From Gammaproteobacteria bacterium (GTDB taxonomy: Bacteria > Pseudomonadota > Gammaproteobacteria > Ga0077536), in NCBI GenBank assembly GCA_050247235.1, contig JBFWUN010000022.1, forward strand, positions 1,016-65,015: a stretch of 64,000 nucleotides of DNA. Reading direction: 5' to 3'. Below the pieces are notes generated by a model. That model made no database searches and was not told where the DNA came from. It saw only the letters and a program-made list of their open reading frames with translations. Positions within the stretch are counted from its first letter, which is position 1. Each line of letters begins with the position of its first letter. Positions 38,467 to 48,467 of the stretch are shown in pieces. The translations under genes and the position numbers were made by a program.

Positions 38467-39684
38467 TCAGCCGCCGAACAGCCGCGCGCCGATCCGCCAT
38501 CCCCCGATATAGGTGCCGAGCGACGCACCGAAGCCGCTCAGCAGGAATACCAGCAAAGTGCGCGCGACGCGGTTCCGCCACCAGCCGCGCCAGTGCGCGG
38601 TGTCGCTGCGCAGCCGGGTGAAATCGCCGACCGTCGGGCGCCGCACGAACGCCTCCGACAGCGCCGTGAACATGCCGATGCCGATGGCCGGATGGAGGGT
38701 CGTGAACGGCGCGCCGAGAAACGCGGTCAGGATCGTCAGCGGATGCGCGGCGGCCAGCAGCGCGCCGAACGCCGACAGCCCCCCGGTCAGCAGCACCCAC
38801 TCCGTGACCATCTCCCAGCCGATGGACGGGTTGCGCGCGAAGCCGATCCCGATGCCGCCGACGATGAAGATCGCGAGCAGCCACGGCAGCACCCGCCATA
38901 CGCGCGACGGCGGCGGCATCGCCTGCAGTTCGGCGAGCACGTGGTGCGGGGCTGCCTGCTCGCGCTCCAGCGCGTCGCCAAGCCCCGCCAGGTGCCCCGC
39001 ACCGACCACCGCGAGGATCCGCGCATGTCCGTGGTCGGCGAGCTGGCGCAGCCGCGCCGCCATGTAGCGGTCCCGTTCGCGGATGAGCGGCGTGAACAGC
39101 ACGTCGGCGCGCGCGGCAAACTCCGCGAACGTCGCTTCGAGCAGATCCCGGTCCTTCATGCGCTCGATGTCTTCCTCGGCGAAGGTCTCGTTCGCCAGCG
39201 CGCTCGCCAGCAGCCCGCTGAACAGCACGGTCCGCCGCCACCACGGCACGCTGCGATAGACGCGACGCATGGTCACGCCGATGTCGCGATCGATGACTTC
39301 CAGCGGTAGCGCGCGCGCCTGTGCGCCATCGATCGCGGCGCGCATCTCGGCGCCCGGTTCGATGCCGAACTGCGCGCCGAGCCGCTGCTGGAACGCGCCG
39401 AGCGCGAGCATCGCCGCGATGAGCGTCGCCTTGCCGTCACGGATCACGTGCACGAGATCGAGCCGCGCCAGTGCCTCCGGATCGGTCAGCGCGCGGGCGC
39501 GGTTCTCGCACAATTCCACCGCGATGCAGTCGTAGTCGCCGTGCGCGATCTCGCGGGCGACCGCGTCGCGGCTCGCCCGCGACACGTGCGCGGTCCCAAG
39601 CAGGCGCACGGACGCGTGGCCCACCCGCACTTCGCGCAGCGGCGGGGTGGCGATGCTCGTGGGGAGGTCGTCGGGCGCGGACAT
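38467..39684 (-). CDS. TraB/GumN family protein
   Basis: 405 aa: VRLLGTAHVSRASRDAVAREI...DCIAVELC, later LAVVGAGHLAGL, plus C-terminal TM segments. This is the typical TraB-family layout. Confidence 0.75.
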   Translation of the reverse strand: MSAPDDLPTSIATPPLREVRVGHASVRLLGTAHVSRASRDAVAREIAHGDYDCIAVELCENRARALTDPEALARLDLVHVIRDGKATLIAAMLALGAFQQRLGAQFGIEPGAEMRAAIDGAQARALPLEVIDRDIGVTMRRVYRSVPWWRRTVLFSGLLASALANETFAEEDIERMKDRDLLEATFAEFAARADVLFTPLIRERDRYMAARLRQLADHGHARILAVVGAGHLAGLGDALEREQAAPHHVLAELQAMPPPSRVWRVLPWLLAIFIVGGIGIGFARNPSIGWEMVTEWVLLTGGLSAFGALLAAAHPLTILTAFLGAPFTTLHPAIGIGMFTALSEAFVRRPTVGDFTRLRSDTAHWRGWWRNRVARTLLVFLLSGFGASLGTYIGGWRIGARLFGG

Positions 39685-39876
39685 GAGGGTGCGGAGTTCG
39701 GGTCCTGGCGGCGGCTGCGGGTGCGCGGAACCGGGAACCAGTCACGGATTCGGCGGCGCAGCCCTGCTCGAGATGGAGCGAGTGTAACGCGCCGACGATA
39801 ATTCAGGGCAAGTTAAGCGCGGTCGGGCCACCCTGTGTCACGAAGGGGCGATCCCGGCCCCGACGAGGAGTAGCCC

Positions 39877-40272
39877 ATGTCCCTGCAACGCTTCTCCCTG
39901 CGCAGCGGGTTGCTGCTGCTGTCGATGTGGATGTGCACGGGGGTGTACGCCGACGACGATCGCCGGCTCGGCATGCGCTCCCGCGACGACCATCACGGTG
40001 GCTACTACGTGCCGCGCCCGCGCACGATCACCCCGACGCGTCCGTTCTTCGTGCAGCCGTATCCACGCTACGACGACTCGCGCCGGGCCTACCGGCACGG
40101 CTACCGCGAGGGCTATCGCGATGGCAGCGATCGCCGCGGGCACGGGCGTCGCGGGTATCGTGGTGACGATCGGCACCACGGGCGCGATCGGCACGACGGC
40201 GGTTTCTATCAGCCGCGCGGATTCTCCGGATACGCGCCGCGGCCAGGATTCTCGATCTACTACGATCGCTAA
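39877..40272 (+). CDS. Small secreted low-complexity protein rich in Arg/Gly/Asp/His/Tyr
   Basis: 131 aa with the RBS GAGGAG 7 nt upstream. Signal peptide: MSLQRFSLRSGLLLLSMWMCTGVYA|DDD. The mature part has reiterated GYR/DR/HG units (RHGYREGYRDGSDRRGHGRRGYRGDDRHHGRDRHDGGFYQPRGFSGY). Third positions are G/C-rich, consistent with coding. Confidence 0.6.
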   Translation: MSLQRFSLRSGLLLLSMWMCTGVYADDDRRLGMRSRDDHHGGYYVPRPRTITPTRPFFVQPYPRYDDSRRAYRHGYREGYRDGSDRRGHGRRGYRGDDRHHGRDRHDGGFYQPRGFSGYAPRPGFSIYYDR

Positions 40273-40395
40273 CGCGCGTTCGACGCTTATCGCCGCTCGC
40301 GGGCTTCCTGCCGCAGCCCGCCGGCGACGCCCGTGGATCCGGGTCTCGCGGCCCCGTGCATGATCGACTGTTCCGCCGGCCAGGGGGATGCCCGT

Positions 40396-40510
40396 GGGCG
40401 CGGGAGCGCCAGGTGTCCGGCGAGACACGCCGTGAATCCGTCCGTGGAGGCACGCGCGCCGCGGCCCTGCTTCGCGACGGTCGCGCCGGACACCTGGCGC
40501 TCCCGCGCCC
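40396..40510. repeat. Copy 2 of the same hairpin element
   Basis: The arms 40396-40426 and 40480-40510 are self-complementary with one mismatch, but they differ internally from the copy 1 arms. The core at 40427-40479 is ACGCCGTGAATCCGTCCGTGGAGGCACGCGCGCCGCGGCCCTGCTTCGCGACG and matches the copy 1 core at 45 of 53 positions. It also lies between convergent genes. Confidence 0.85.
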
Positions 40511-40606
40511 GATACACTTGTGGCGTGGCCGGCGGAACAGGCGTTCGGGGATGCGCCCAGGGGGACCATCGCCGCGCGGCGCACCGACCCCCGCGCCGAC
40601 GCACTG

Positions 40607-41425
40607 TCAGCGCTGGCAGCGGGGGCAGAAGTAGCTCATCCGCTGCCCGATGACACGCTGTCGAATCCGGCCCTCACCGCATTGCAGGCATGCTTCACCC
40701 GCGCGGTCGTAGACGCGCAGTTCGTTGCGAAAGTAGCCCGGCGTGCCGTCGTCGTGCGTGAAGTCGCGCAGGGTGGTGCCGCCGAAGCGGATCGCCGCGT
40801 CGAGCACGTCACGGACCGCGACGACGAGATCACCGTAGCGCGCGCGGCTGACCCGCCGCGCCGGCCGCGACGGGTGGATGCGCGCCCGGTGCAGGGATTC
40901 GCTCGCGTAGATGTTGCCGACGCCGACCACCACTTCGCCGTCCATCAGGAAATTCTTCACAGCGCCCGGGCGGGGCGCGGCGAGGTCCGCGAGATAGTCC
41001 GCCGTGAAGCCGGGATCCCACGGCTCGGGGCCCAGGTGCGCGAGCAGCGGATGGGTGCCCGGATCGGCGGTCGTCCACAGCACCAGCCCGAACCGGCGCG
41101 GATCGCGCAGGCGCACGCAGTACCGGCCGTCGAATTCGAGATCGACATGATCGTGCAGCTGGGGCGGTGTGCCGGGGGGCAGCACGCGCAGGCTGCCGGA
41201 CATGCCGAGATGCACGATCAGCGTGCCCGCCGGAAACTCGAACAAGAGGTACTTCGCGCGCCGATGCACTGTGCGCAGGCGGGCGCCGACCAGGCACGCG
41301 GCGAGATCTGCCGGCACCGGCTGCCGCAGCCGCGGATCGCGTACGCGCACCGCGGTAACCCGCCGGCCCTCCACGTGCGGGGCGACGCCCCGGCGGGTGG
41401 TCTCGACTTCCGGCAGCTCAGGCAC
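40607..41425 (-). CDS. mutM: Formamidopyrimidine-DNA glycosylase
   Basis: GTG start giving (M)PELPEVETTRRG. Also HLGMSGSL and the C-terminal zinc finger CLQCGEGRIRQRVIGQRMSYFCPRCQ. About 272 aa. Confidence 0.9.
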   Translation of the reverse strand: MPELPEVETTRRGVAPHVEGRRVTAVRVRDPRLRQPVPADLAACLVGARLRTVHRRAKYLLFEFPAGTLIVHLGMSGSLRVLPPGTPPQLHDHVDLEFDGRYCVRLRDPRRFGLVLWTTADPGTHPLLAHLGPEPWDPGFTADYLADLAAPRPGAVKNFLMDGEVVVGVGNIYASESLHRARIHPSRPARRVSRARYGDLVVAVRDVLDAAIRFGGTTLRDFTHDDGTPGYFRNELRVYDRAGEACLQCGEGRIRQRVIGQRMSYFCPRCQR

Positions 41426-42734
41426 GTCGCCGTCTCCAGCCGAGCCACGCGCCGTTGGCGACGAACGCGAGCGGCAGCACGACCAGGAAGCCGAACCCGA
41501 TGACCGCCTGCTGTCCGCGCGTGAGGTCCAGCCCGACGTCCGGCGCATGCCGCGGGTCGATCGCGAGCAGCGGATCGTTGGTCGACAGCCAGTCGACGAG
41601 ACGCACCCCCAGCGCCTGGTTCTCGCCGTTCCCCAGGTAAGTGTTGGACAGGAAATCGCCGTCGCCGAGCAGCGCGATCCGCTGCTCCCGGCCGGCGTGC
41701 GTGCGCGTGAGCACGATGCCGAGTGCGAGCGGGCCGGCGTGATCGCCCGGGGCATCGAAGCCCACGTTGCCGACCATCGCGCCGGTTTCCCCCCACGCCG
41801 CCGCAGTCGTCTCGAGCACCGTGGTCGCGTTCCAGCCCGTGGGCGGATGCGCCCGCAGCGGCACGGCGTAGGGCAGCAGGGTCAGCCCGCGCAGATCACG
41901 CGTGACCGGGTGATCGGGATAGCGGTTCAGCACGGCGATCGCGGGGTTGTCGACGCCGAGCGCCTGGGTGACCGGGTCGACCACCGTCGCGGGCAGGCGT
42001 TCGACCCCCAGCGCGCGCGCGAGCCCATCCAGTGCCGCCGGCGCGTCCGGCTCCAGCAGCCACAGCAGCGCGCCCCCTCGCGCGACATAGGCGGCCACGC
42101 GCGCCTGCTCTCCGGGCAGGTACGCGAGCTGGGGGCTCGCGAGGACCAGCAGCGCGGTGTTGTCGGGGATCGTGGTGGTGTCGGTCAGCGCGAGCTCCTG
42201 CACCTGGTAGCCGCGCGCGCGCAGCGCGCCCGCCCACTGGCTGACGTCGAAGTTCGCGCGGCGCGCGGGGCTGCGCTCGCCGTGTCCGCTCACGAAAACG
42301 ATGAAACGCGACTCGCGACCGATCAGCCGCAGCAGCGCGCGCGTGAAATCCTGTTCCCGGTAGCGCAGCAGTCTTTCCTGGCGCTCGCCGCTCGCGATCA
42401 GCAGTTCGCCGTCGCGGAGGTTCTCGCGGCGCACGCGGTCGGGCACGTCCGCGGGATCGATGTACTCCAGCGCAAGGGACGGCGCGTGGCGCCGGTAGCG
42501 CGCCACCAGTTCCGCGATGGCCGTGCGGGCCGGGTGATCGGCGCCCGCGAACGCGGTCACCTGCACGCCGTCCGGCAGCGCGTCGAGTGCCTGCCGGCTC
42601 TGCGGGCTGAGCGAGTGGCGGCCGTCCTCGCTGGCGTCGAAACTTGCGCGATGATGCGCGGCGAGAATCCCGGCCGCGACACAGAGCGCGACGATCGCGC
42701 CCGCGGCGAGCGCACGCACGACCCTACCGCCCAT
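41418..42734 (-). CDS. GldG-like auxiliary component of an ABC-2 transport system
   Basis: Start at Met71 of the track ORF (MGGRVVRALAAGAIVALCVAAGIL). N- and C-terminal TM anchors flank a large periplasmic domain (...FIVFVSGHGERSP...ALLGDGDFLSNTYL...). It lies downstream of the ABC ATPase and ABC-2 permease. Confidence 0.6.
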   Translation of the reverse strand: MGGRVVRALAAGAIVALCVAAGILAAHHRASFDASEDGRHSLSPQSRQALDALPDGVQVTAFAGADHPARTAIAELVARYRRHAPSLALEYIDPADVPDRVRRENLRDGELLIASGERQERLLRYREQDFTRALLRLIGRESRFIVFVSGHGERSPARRANFDVSQWAGALRARGYQVQELALTDTTTIPDNTALLVLASPQLAYLPGEQARVAAYVARGGALLWLLEPDAPAALDGLARALGVERLPATVVDPVTQALGVDNPAIAVLNRYPDHPVTRDLRGLTLLPYAVPLRAHPPTGWNATTVLETTAAAWGETGAMVGNVGFDAPGDHAGPLALGIVLTRTHAGREQRIALLGDGDFLSNTYLGNGENQALGVRLVDWLSTNDPLLAIDPRHAPDVGLDLTRGQQAVIGFGFLVVLPLAFVANGAWLGWRRRRA

Positions 42735-43473
42735 CGCGCTCCCCCGCGAGGGCGCACACTGCGAGTGCCAGCGCCCCCACCGTAACCAGCGCGAAGTACG
42801 CGAGGTCGAACGTATCGACCAGCCCGCGCGAGAGCCGCTGAAAGTGCGCGAGCATCGACAGCTCGGCGAGCAGCCCCGGCGCTTGCGCGGTATGGCTTGC
42901 CCAGTCGAGCAGCCACAGGCCGAGCAGGGTCGCGAACGTCGCAACGGCCGCGATCGGCGGCTGGGAGGCCACCGCGGAGAACCACACGCCGAGCGCGCTG
43001 CCGGCCGCCATCATCAGCGCGAGCGCGGCGAGGCCGGCGGCATAGGTGCCGAGATCGAGCGTGGTGCCCCACAGCAGGGTCAGGGGCATCAGCGCGTTCA
43101 ATATCCAGATGGCCGCGAGGAGGCTCATCACGCCGAGGAACTTGCCGAGCACGAGCGCGGTGAGTCGCACGGGTGCGGCGTACCACAGCGGCAGCACGCC
43201 ATTGCGCCGTTCCCCCGCGAAGGTCTGCATCGTCAGCAACGGGATCAGGAACAGCAGCAGGAAGCTCGTCAGGTTGAACGTGGGAACGATGACGAGCTGC
43301 GTGACCCCTGGCGGCGCGTCGAGCGCGCGGATGCGCGGCAGGTAGCGCATGAACAGGTCGACCTGCGCGAGAAACTGGTAGGCGGTCAGGAACTGCACCG
43401 CGCCGAGCACCCACCACGCGAACGGCGACCGGAACAGCGCGCGCGCCTCGCGTGCCGCGACCACCCCGATCAT
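42724..43473 (-). CDS. ABC-2 family permease, GldF-like
   Basis: 249 aa from MIGVVAAREARALFRSPFAWWVLG. It contains FAGERRNGVLPLWYAAPVRLTALVLGKF and six hydrophobic segments. An ATGA overlap joins it to the ATPase gene. The rest of the 621-aa track ORF is shadow sequence. Confidence 0.7.
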   Translation of the reverse strand: MIGVVAAREARALFRSPFAWWVLGAVQFLTAYQFLAQVDLFMRYLPRIRALDAPPGVTQLVIVPTFNLTSFLLLFLIPLLTMQTFAGERRNGVLPLWYAAPVRLTALVLGKFLGVMSLLAAIWILNALMPLTLLWGTTLDLGTYAAGLAALALMMAAGSALGVWFSAVASQPPIAAVATFATLLGLWLLDWASHTAQAPGLLAELSMLAHFQRLSRGLVDTFDLAYFALVTVGALALAVCALAGERDGR

Positions 43474-44399
43474 GCGGATGCCGCCCGCGGCACGTGATCG
43501 CGCGTGACTTCCAGGAACGTGCGCTCCAGGGTGGAACGCCCGGTTGAGATCTCGCACAGGTTCCAACGTTCGCGCGCGGCCGCGGCGATGAGCCGCGCGA
43601 GCGCGGCGTCCGGATCCGCCGTCACGAGGTCGTAACCGCCATCCGGCAGCCCCTGCACGTGGACATCGCCGAGCGTGGCCTGCAGCGCGGTCAGCGGCGG
43701 CGGCGATTTGAACGCGATGCGGACCGCGCGTGGCGCGGCAGCCGGGTCGGCGTCGTAGACGATACGCCCTTCGTGGAGGATCGCGACCCGCGAGCAGGTA
43801 CTCTCTGCTTCGTTCAGCAGGTGGGTGGACAGCAGGACCGCGTGTTCGTCGCGCAGCGCGCGCACCAGTTCGCGGACCTCGCGGATCTGCGCGGGATCGA
43901 GCCCGACGGTCGGCTCGTCCAGGATCAGCACGGCAGGTTCGTGCACGATCGCCTGCGCGATCCCGACCCGCTGCTGGAAGCCCTTGGAGAGGTTGCGGAT
44001 GACGCGCGTGCCCACGTCCTGCAGGTGGCAGCGTGCCCTGGCACGGGCGACGCTGGCCGCCACGCGCGCCGCCGGGACGGCGTGCAGGCGGGCGCAGAAC
44101 GCGAGGTACTCGTCGACCGTCGCATCCGGGAACAGCGGGGGGATCTCGGGCAGGTAGCCCAGGTGGCGTTTCGCGGCGAGCGGCGCGCGCGCCAGATCGC
44201 AGCCGTGCAGGGTGACCGTGCCCCGGTGTGGCGCAAGCACCCCGGCGAGCATCCGCAAGGTGGTCGATTTGCCGGCACCGTTCAGGCCGAGCAGGCCGAG
44301 GACCTCTCCGCGTTCCAGCCGCAAGGTGACATCCTCCACCGCCACCCGCGCGCCGTACCGCCGGGCGAGGTGTTGCGCGATGAGGAGCGGCTCGGACAT
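43470..44399 (-). CDS. ABC transporter ATP-binding protein, ABC-2/GldA-like
   Basis: 309 aa with Walker A GLNGAGKST, signature LSKGFQQR and Walker B VLILDEPTVGLD. Confidence 0.9.
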   Translation of the reverse strand: MSEPLLIAQHLARRYGARVAVEDVTLRLERGEVLGLLGLNGAGKSTTLRMLAGVLAPHRGTVTLHGCDLARAPLAAKRHLGYLPEIPPLFPDATVDEYLAFCARLHAVPAARVAASVARARARCHLQDVGTRVIRNLSKGFQQRVGIAQAIVHEPAVLILDEPTVGLDPAQIREVRELVRALRDEHAVLLSTHLLNEAESTCSRVAILHEGRIVYDADPAAAPRAVRIAFKSPPPLTALQATLGDVHVQGLPDGGYDLVTADPDAALARLIAAAARERWNLCEISTGRSTLERTFLEVTRDHVPRAASA

Positions 44400-44633
44400 C
44401 GGCGCGCATTATTCGGCGCGGGCGCACGCAAGTCCATCGCACGCGGACTGCGGCAATGCGGCCGTCGGCCGCTAACCCGCGAAACTCCGGACCCGTGCCG
44501 CGCTGCCCCGGGTTTTGCGCGCGGGCCGGCGGCAATTGCGCCTGCCGCTGACGATCGGTGATCATGCCCGGTGGACGAACCGCGCACACGCCGACGTCCT
44601 TGTCTTCAACGCAATCCTGGACACCCTTTGCAG

Positions 44634-45812
44634 ATGTCGATATCCGCTGGACTCTTTCAACTTCCGTGGTGGGGATACGTACTCGTGACGCTCGGGTTCA
44701 CGCACGTGACGATCGCCGCCGTCACGATCTACCTCCACCGCCACTCTGCGCACCGCGCGCTGGACCTGCACCCCGGCGTGGCGCTGTTCTTCCGGACCTG
44801 GCTGTGGCTCACGACCGGCATGACGACGAAGAACTGGACCGCCGTGCACCGGAAACACCACGCGTTCGTCGAAACCGCGCAGGATCCCCACAGTCCGCAG
44901 GTGCACGGGATCCGCAAAGTCCTGTGGGAAGGCGCAGAACTCTATCGCCTCGAGGCGCGGAACCCCGAGACGCGCGCGAAATACGGCCACGGCACGCCAG
45001 ACGACTGGCTCGAGCGCCACGTGTTCTGCCACGACCGCATCGGCGTATCGCTGATGCTGATCGCCAATCTTGCGATGTTCGGTGTGCTCGGCCTGACGAT
45101 CTGGGCAATCCAGATGGCCTGGATCCCGTTCTTCGCCGCGGGTGTGATCAACGGCACGGGGCATTGGCGCGGCTATCGCAACTTCGAAACCGCGGACACC
45201 TCCACGAACATCACACCGTGGGGCATCCTCATCGGCGGCGAGGAACTGCACAACAACCATCATGCGTTCGCAAGCTCGGCCTGCTTCGCGATGAAGCCGT
45301 GGGAATTCGATCTTGGCTGGTGCTACATCCGGGCGCTGTCGGTGCTCGGCCTCGCAAAGGTCAGGAAGCTTGCGCCGATGCTGGGCACCGATCGCAGCGA
45401 ACCGCGGCTCGACATCGAGACGTTGCGCACGATGATCGCGACGCAGTGGCAGGTGATGGCTGACTACGCGCACCGCGTCGTTCACCCGGTGCACCGGGAG
45501 GCGGTGCGGGAGGCGCCGCACGAGGTCCGCGACGTGCTCAAGCCGCTGAAGCGCCTGATCGCGCGATCGCCGCGGTTCATGCCGGCACGCGAACGTGCGC
45601 TGCTGGAGGACGGACTGGCACACAGTCGACCGCTCGCGGTGGTCTACCAGTTCCAGGAGAAGCTCGGGGCACTGTTCACTGAGCGCACGGCGAGCCCGGA
45701 GCGACTGCTCGCGCAGCTGCAGGAATGGTGCCGGGAGGCCGAGGCCTCCGGCGTTGCGGCGCTCGCCGAGTTCGTTCAGCGCATGCACGGGTACGCACTG
45801 CGCAGGACCTGA
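44634..45812 (+). CDS. Membrane fatty-acid (acyl-CoA/acyl-lipid) desaturase
   Basis: Start at MSISAGLFQLPWWGYVLV. The three histidine boxes are HRHSAH, HRKHH and HNNHH. About 392 aa. Confidence 0.85.
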   Translation: MSISAGLFQLPWWGYVLVTLGFTHVTIAAVTIYLHRHSAHRALDLHPGVALFFRTWLWLTTGMTTKNWTAVHRKHHAFVETAQDPHSPQVHGIRKVLWEGAELYRLEARNPETRAKYGHGTPDDWLERHVFCHDRIGVSLMLIANLAMFGVLGLTIWAIQMAWIPFFAAGVINGTGHWRGYRNFETADTSTNITPWGILIGGEELHNNHHAFASSACFAMKPWEFDLGWCYIRALSVLGLAKVRKLAPMLGTDRSEPRLDIETLRTMIATQWQVMADYAHRVVHPVHREAVREAPHEVRDVLKPLKRLIARSPRFMPARERALLEDGLAHSRPLAVVYQFQEKLGALFTERTASPERLLAQLQEWCREAEASGVAALAEFVQRMHGYALRRT

Positions 45813-45835
45813 ATCCTGCGCGCGGGGACATGCCC

Positions 45836-45865
45836 AACAAAAAACCCGCCGATGGCGGGTTTTCT
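45836..45865. terminator. Bidirectional rho-independent terminator
   Basis: AACAAAAAACCCGCC-GATG-GGCGGGTTTTCT. A GC stem of ACCCGCC/GGCGGGT is flanked by an A tract and a T tract. It lies between the convergent desaturase and rpmG genes. Confidence 0.85.
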
Positions 45866-45887
45866 GCTGGAACGGTGCGTCCGGAGG

Positions 45888-46043
45888 TTACTTGATCTTG
45901 CCCTCGGTGTAGGTCACGTGCTTGCGCACCACCGGGTCGAACTTCTTGCGTTCAAGCTTCTCGGGGTTGTTCCGCTTGTTCTTGGTCGTCGTGTAGAAGT
46001 GGCCGGTCCCGGCGCTCGACACGAGCTTGATTTTCTCCTGCAT
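45888..46043 (-). CDS. rpmG: 50S ribosomal protein L33
   Basis: Not in the ORF track because it is below the length cutoff. My translation is [51 protein letters not shown] (51 aa), which is the classic L33 sequence. Confidence 0.95.
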   Translation of the reverse strand: MQEKIKLVSSAGTGHFYTTTKNKRNNPEKLERKKFDPVVRKHVTYTEGKIK

Positions 46044-46053
46044 GGTGCTGACC

Positions 46054-46290
46054 TCAGACTTTCTCGCCGCGGGCGCGGATGTCTTTGAGAACCTGGTCGA
46101 TCCCGACCTTGTCGATGATGCGCAGGCCGTGCGAGCTGATCCGCAAGCTCACCCAGCGCTGCTCGCTCTCCACCCACAGCCGGCGGTAATGCAGGTTGGG
46201 CAGGTAACGCCGGCGCGTCTTGTTGTTCGCATGCGAAACGTTGTTGCCGCTGACGGGGCGTTTGCCGGTGACTTGGCAGACTCGGGACAT
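46054..46290 (-). CDS. rpmB: 50S ribosomal protein L28
   Basis: Start at Met26 of the track ORF: [65 protein letters not shown] (78 aa). Confidence 0.95.
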   Translation of the reverse strand: MSRVCQVTGKRPVSGNNVSHANNKTRRRYLPNLHYRRLWVESEQRWVSLRISSHGLRIIDKVGIDQVLKDIRARGEKV

Positions 46291-46376
46291 GGTTCTTCGC
46301 CTGGTTGCATCGTGAGGGCGCGCGATAGTAGCCCGATTCACCGCCCGGCGCCAGCGCCCCGGCATCGCGCCGGACC

Positions 46377-47051
46377 CTACAGCCAGCCACGCTCGGCAAA
46401 CGACACGGTCTCGGAATCGCCGACGACGAGGTGATCCAGCACCCGGATCTCCACCAGGTTCAGTGCGTCCGCGAGACGCCGCGTCAGCAGCCGGTCCGCC
46501 TGGCTGGGTTCCGCCACCCCCGAGGGGTGATTGTGCGCCAGGATCACCGCGCCGGCATTCAGCGCCAGCGCCCGCCGCACCACCTCGCGCGGGTGCACCG
46601 TTGCCGCATCCAGCGTTCCATGAAACAGGATTTCGAACGCGATGACCTGGTGCCGGGTGTCGAGGAACAGGCAGGCGAAGACTTCGCGCTCCCGGGACTT
46701 GAGCTGTGCACGCACGAAGGCGCGCGCGGACGCCGGGTCGGTGAGCGGGCCTGCCCGCTCCAGGATCGCGCCCAGGTAGCGGCGGCTCACCTCGAGCGCG
46801 GCCTGCAGCTGGACGTAACGGGCAGGTCCCATGCCGGGCAGCGCCTCGAACGCCCCGCGCGGCAGTTCAATCAGCGCGCGCAGCCCGCCTGCGCGGGCGA
46901 GGAGTCCGCGCGCGAGCGTCACCGCGTCCGTCCTGGCGGTCCCTGTGCCGATCACCGTGGCGAGGAGTTCGGCATCCGACAGCGCGGCAGGTCCGGCCGC
47001 GAGCAGGCGTTCGCGCGGCCGCTCGGAACGCGGCCAATCCTTAATGCGCAT
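46377..47051 (-). CDS. radC: RadC-family JAB-domain protein (UPF0758)
   Basis: Start at [37 protein letters not shown]. The JAMM-like motif is [14 protein letters not shown]. Confidence 0.9.
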   Translation of the reverse strand: MRIKDWPRSERPRERLLAAGPAALSDAELLATVIGTGTARTDAVTLARGLLARAGGLRALIELPRGAFEALPGMGPARYVQLQAALEVSRRYLGAILERAGPLTDPASARAFVRAQLKSREREVFACLFLDTRHQVIAFEILFHGTLDAATVHPREVVRRALALNAGAVILAHNHPSGVAEPSQADRLLTRRLADALNLVEIRVLDHLVVGDSETVSFAERGWL

Positions 47052-47234
47052 ATAAACATCCCTGTCTAAGTGGTTCAAATCCGGTTGCAATGAAGTGTTG
47101 GCGGTGCGCCGCTTGGAGTAGAATCCGGGCACTTTGGCCGCCTGCCACCGAGGTCAGCCGCTGACCCCGGAGACCCGCGGTAGCGGGGCCCGGGCATCGC
47201 CGCGGCGGGCCAGGCGAATCGGAGCACCAGCAAC

Positions 47235-48467
47235 TTGAGCTCGAGCGTGTTAATCCATCAACACGTCTGCGTCATTGTGACAGGCGGCATCGCGGCGTAC
47301 AAAGCGCCCGAACTGGTCCGCCGACTGCGCGACGCCGGCGCCGACGTGCAGGTGGTCATGACCCGCGCCGCCCAGGAGTTCGTGCGGCCGCTGACATTCC
47401 AGGCGGTGTCCGGACAGCCCGTGCACACGGACCTGCTGGATCCGTCCGCCGAGGCGGCGATGGGCCATATCGCGCTGGCGCGCTGGGCGGACCTCGTGAT
47501 CGTCGCGCCGGCAACTGCCGATTTCCTTGCCCGGCTGACGGCCGGCCTGGCCGATGATCTCGCGACGACCCTGTGCCTCGCCACCGCCGCGCCGCTTCTC
47601 ATCGCGCCCGCGATGAACCAGCAGATGTGGGCGCATCCCGCGACCCGCACGAACCTCGCCACCCTGCGCGCGCGCGGCGTGCACTGCATAGGCCCCGCCG
47701 ACGGCGCCCAGGCGTGCGGCGATACCGGCGCGGGGCGGCTGGCGGAAGTCCCGGAGATCGTGGCGGCCGCAGGTGACGTCATTGGTGCGGGCCACGGTGC
47801 GGGCGCGCTCGGGGGACTGCAGGTCCTGGTCACCGCGGGGCCAACCCAGGAACCGATCGACCCGGTGCGCGTCATCACGAACCGCAGTTCCGGCAAGATG
47901 GGCTACGCGGTCGCCCGCGCGGCGGCGGTGGCCGGCGCCGAGGTCACCTTGGTGAGCGGTCCCACCGCCCTCCCAGTCCCCCCGGGCCTGCAGGTGATCC
48001 GGGTGACGACCGCGGCCGACATGCACACCGCGGTGATGGCGCACGTGGCGAGCACCGATATCTTCATCGCGACGGCCGCAGTGGCAGACTACACGCCGGT
48101 CGCCCCTGCCGCGCGCAAGATGAAGAAGGCGGGCGCGGAGCGGACGCTCACCTTGCAACCGACAACGGATATACTGGCCGCGGTTGCGGCGCGGACACCG
48201 CCCCCGTTCACCGTGGGGTTCGCGGCGGAAACGGACAACCTGCTCGAATACGCCCGCGGCAAGCTGACCCGCAAGGCGTTGAACATGGTGGCCGCGAATC
48301 TCGTGGGGCAGGCGGGGACCGGGTTCGACGCCGATGAGAACGAGCTGCACGTCGTGTGGCACGGGGGGGAACAACAGCTTGGTCGCGCTTCCAAGGACGC
48401 CCTCGCGCGTCGCCTCATCGAATTGATCGCGGAACGATACCGTGCCGGCCGCGCTGTCCAAGGTTAA
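47235..48467 (+). CDS. coaBC: Bifunctional phosphopantothenoylcysteine decarboxylase / phosphopantothenate-cysteine ligase
   Basis: VCVIVTGGIAAYKAPELVRRL, PAMNQQMW, ITNRSSGKMG and AAVADY. The track ORF begins at a TTG at 47235; a GTG at 47247 is an alternative start. Confidence 0.9.
   Translation: MSSSVLIHQHVCVIVTGGIAAYKAPELVRRLRDAGADVQVVMTRAAQEFVRPLTFQAVSGQPVHTDLLDPSAEAAMGHIALARWADLVIVAPATADFLARLTAGLADDLATTLCLATAAPLLIAPAMNQQMWAHPATRTNLATLRARGVHCIGPADGAQACGDTGAGRLAEVPEIVAAAGDVIGAGHGAGALGGLQVLVTAGPTQEPIDPVRVITNRSSGKMGYAVARAAAVAGAEVTLVSGPTALPVPPGLQVIRVTTAADMHTAVMAHVASTDIFIATAAVADYTPVAPAARKMKKAGAERTLTLQPTTDILAAVAARTPPPFTVGFAAETDNLLEYARGKLTRKALNMVAANLVGQAGTGFDADENELHVVWHGGEQQLGRASKDALARRLIELIAERYRAGRAVQG

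Noticed and set aside
47052-47234. A possible structured RNA or small gene in the radC/coaBC divergent intergenic region
   Set aside because: It holds only a plausible -10 element (TAGAAT) and a GC-rich leader. I could verify no conserved motif, repeat or ORF with a ribosome-binding site.
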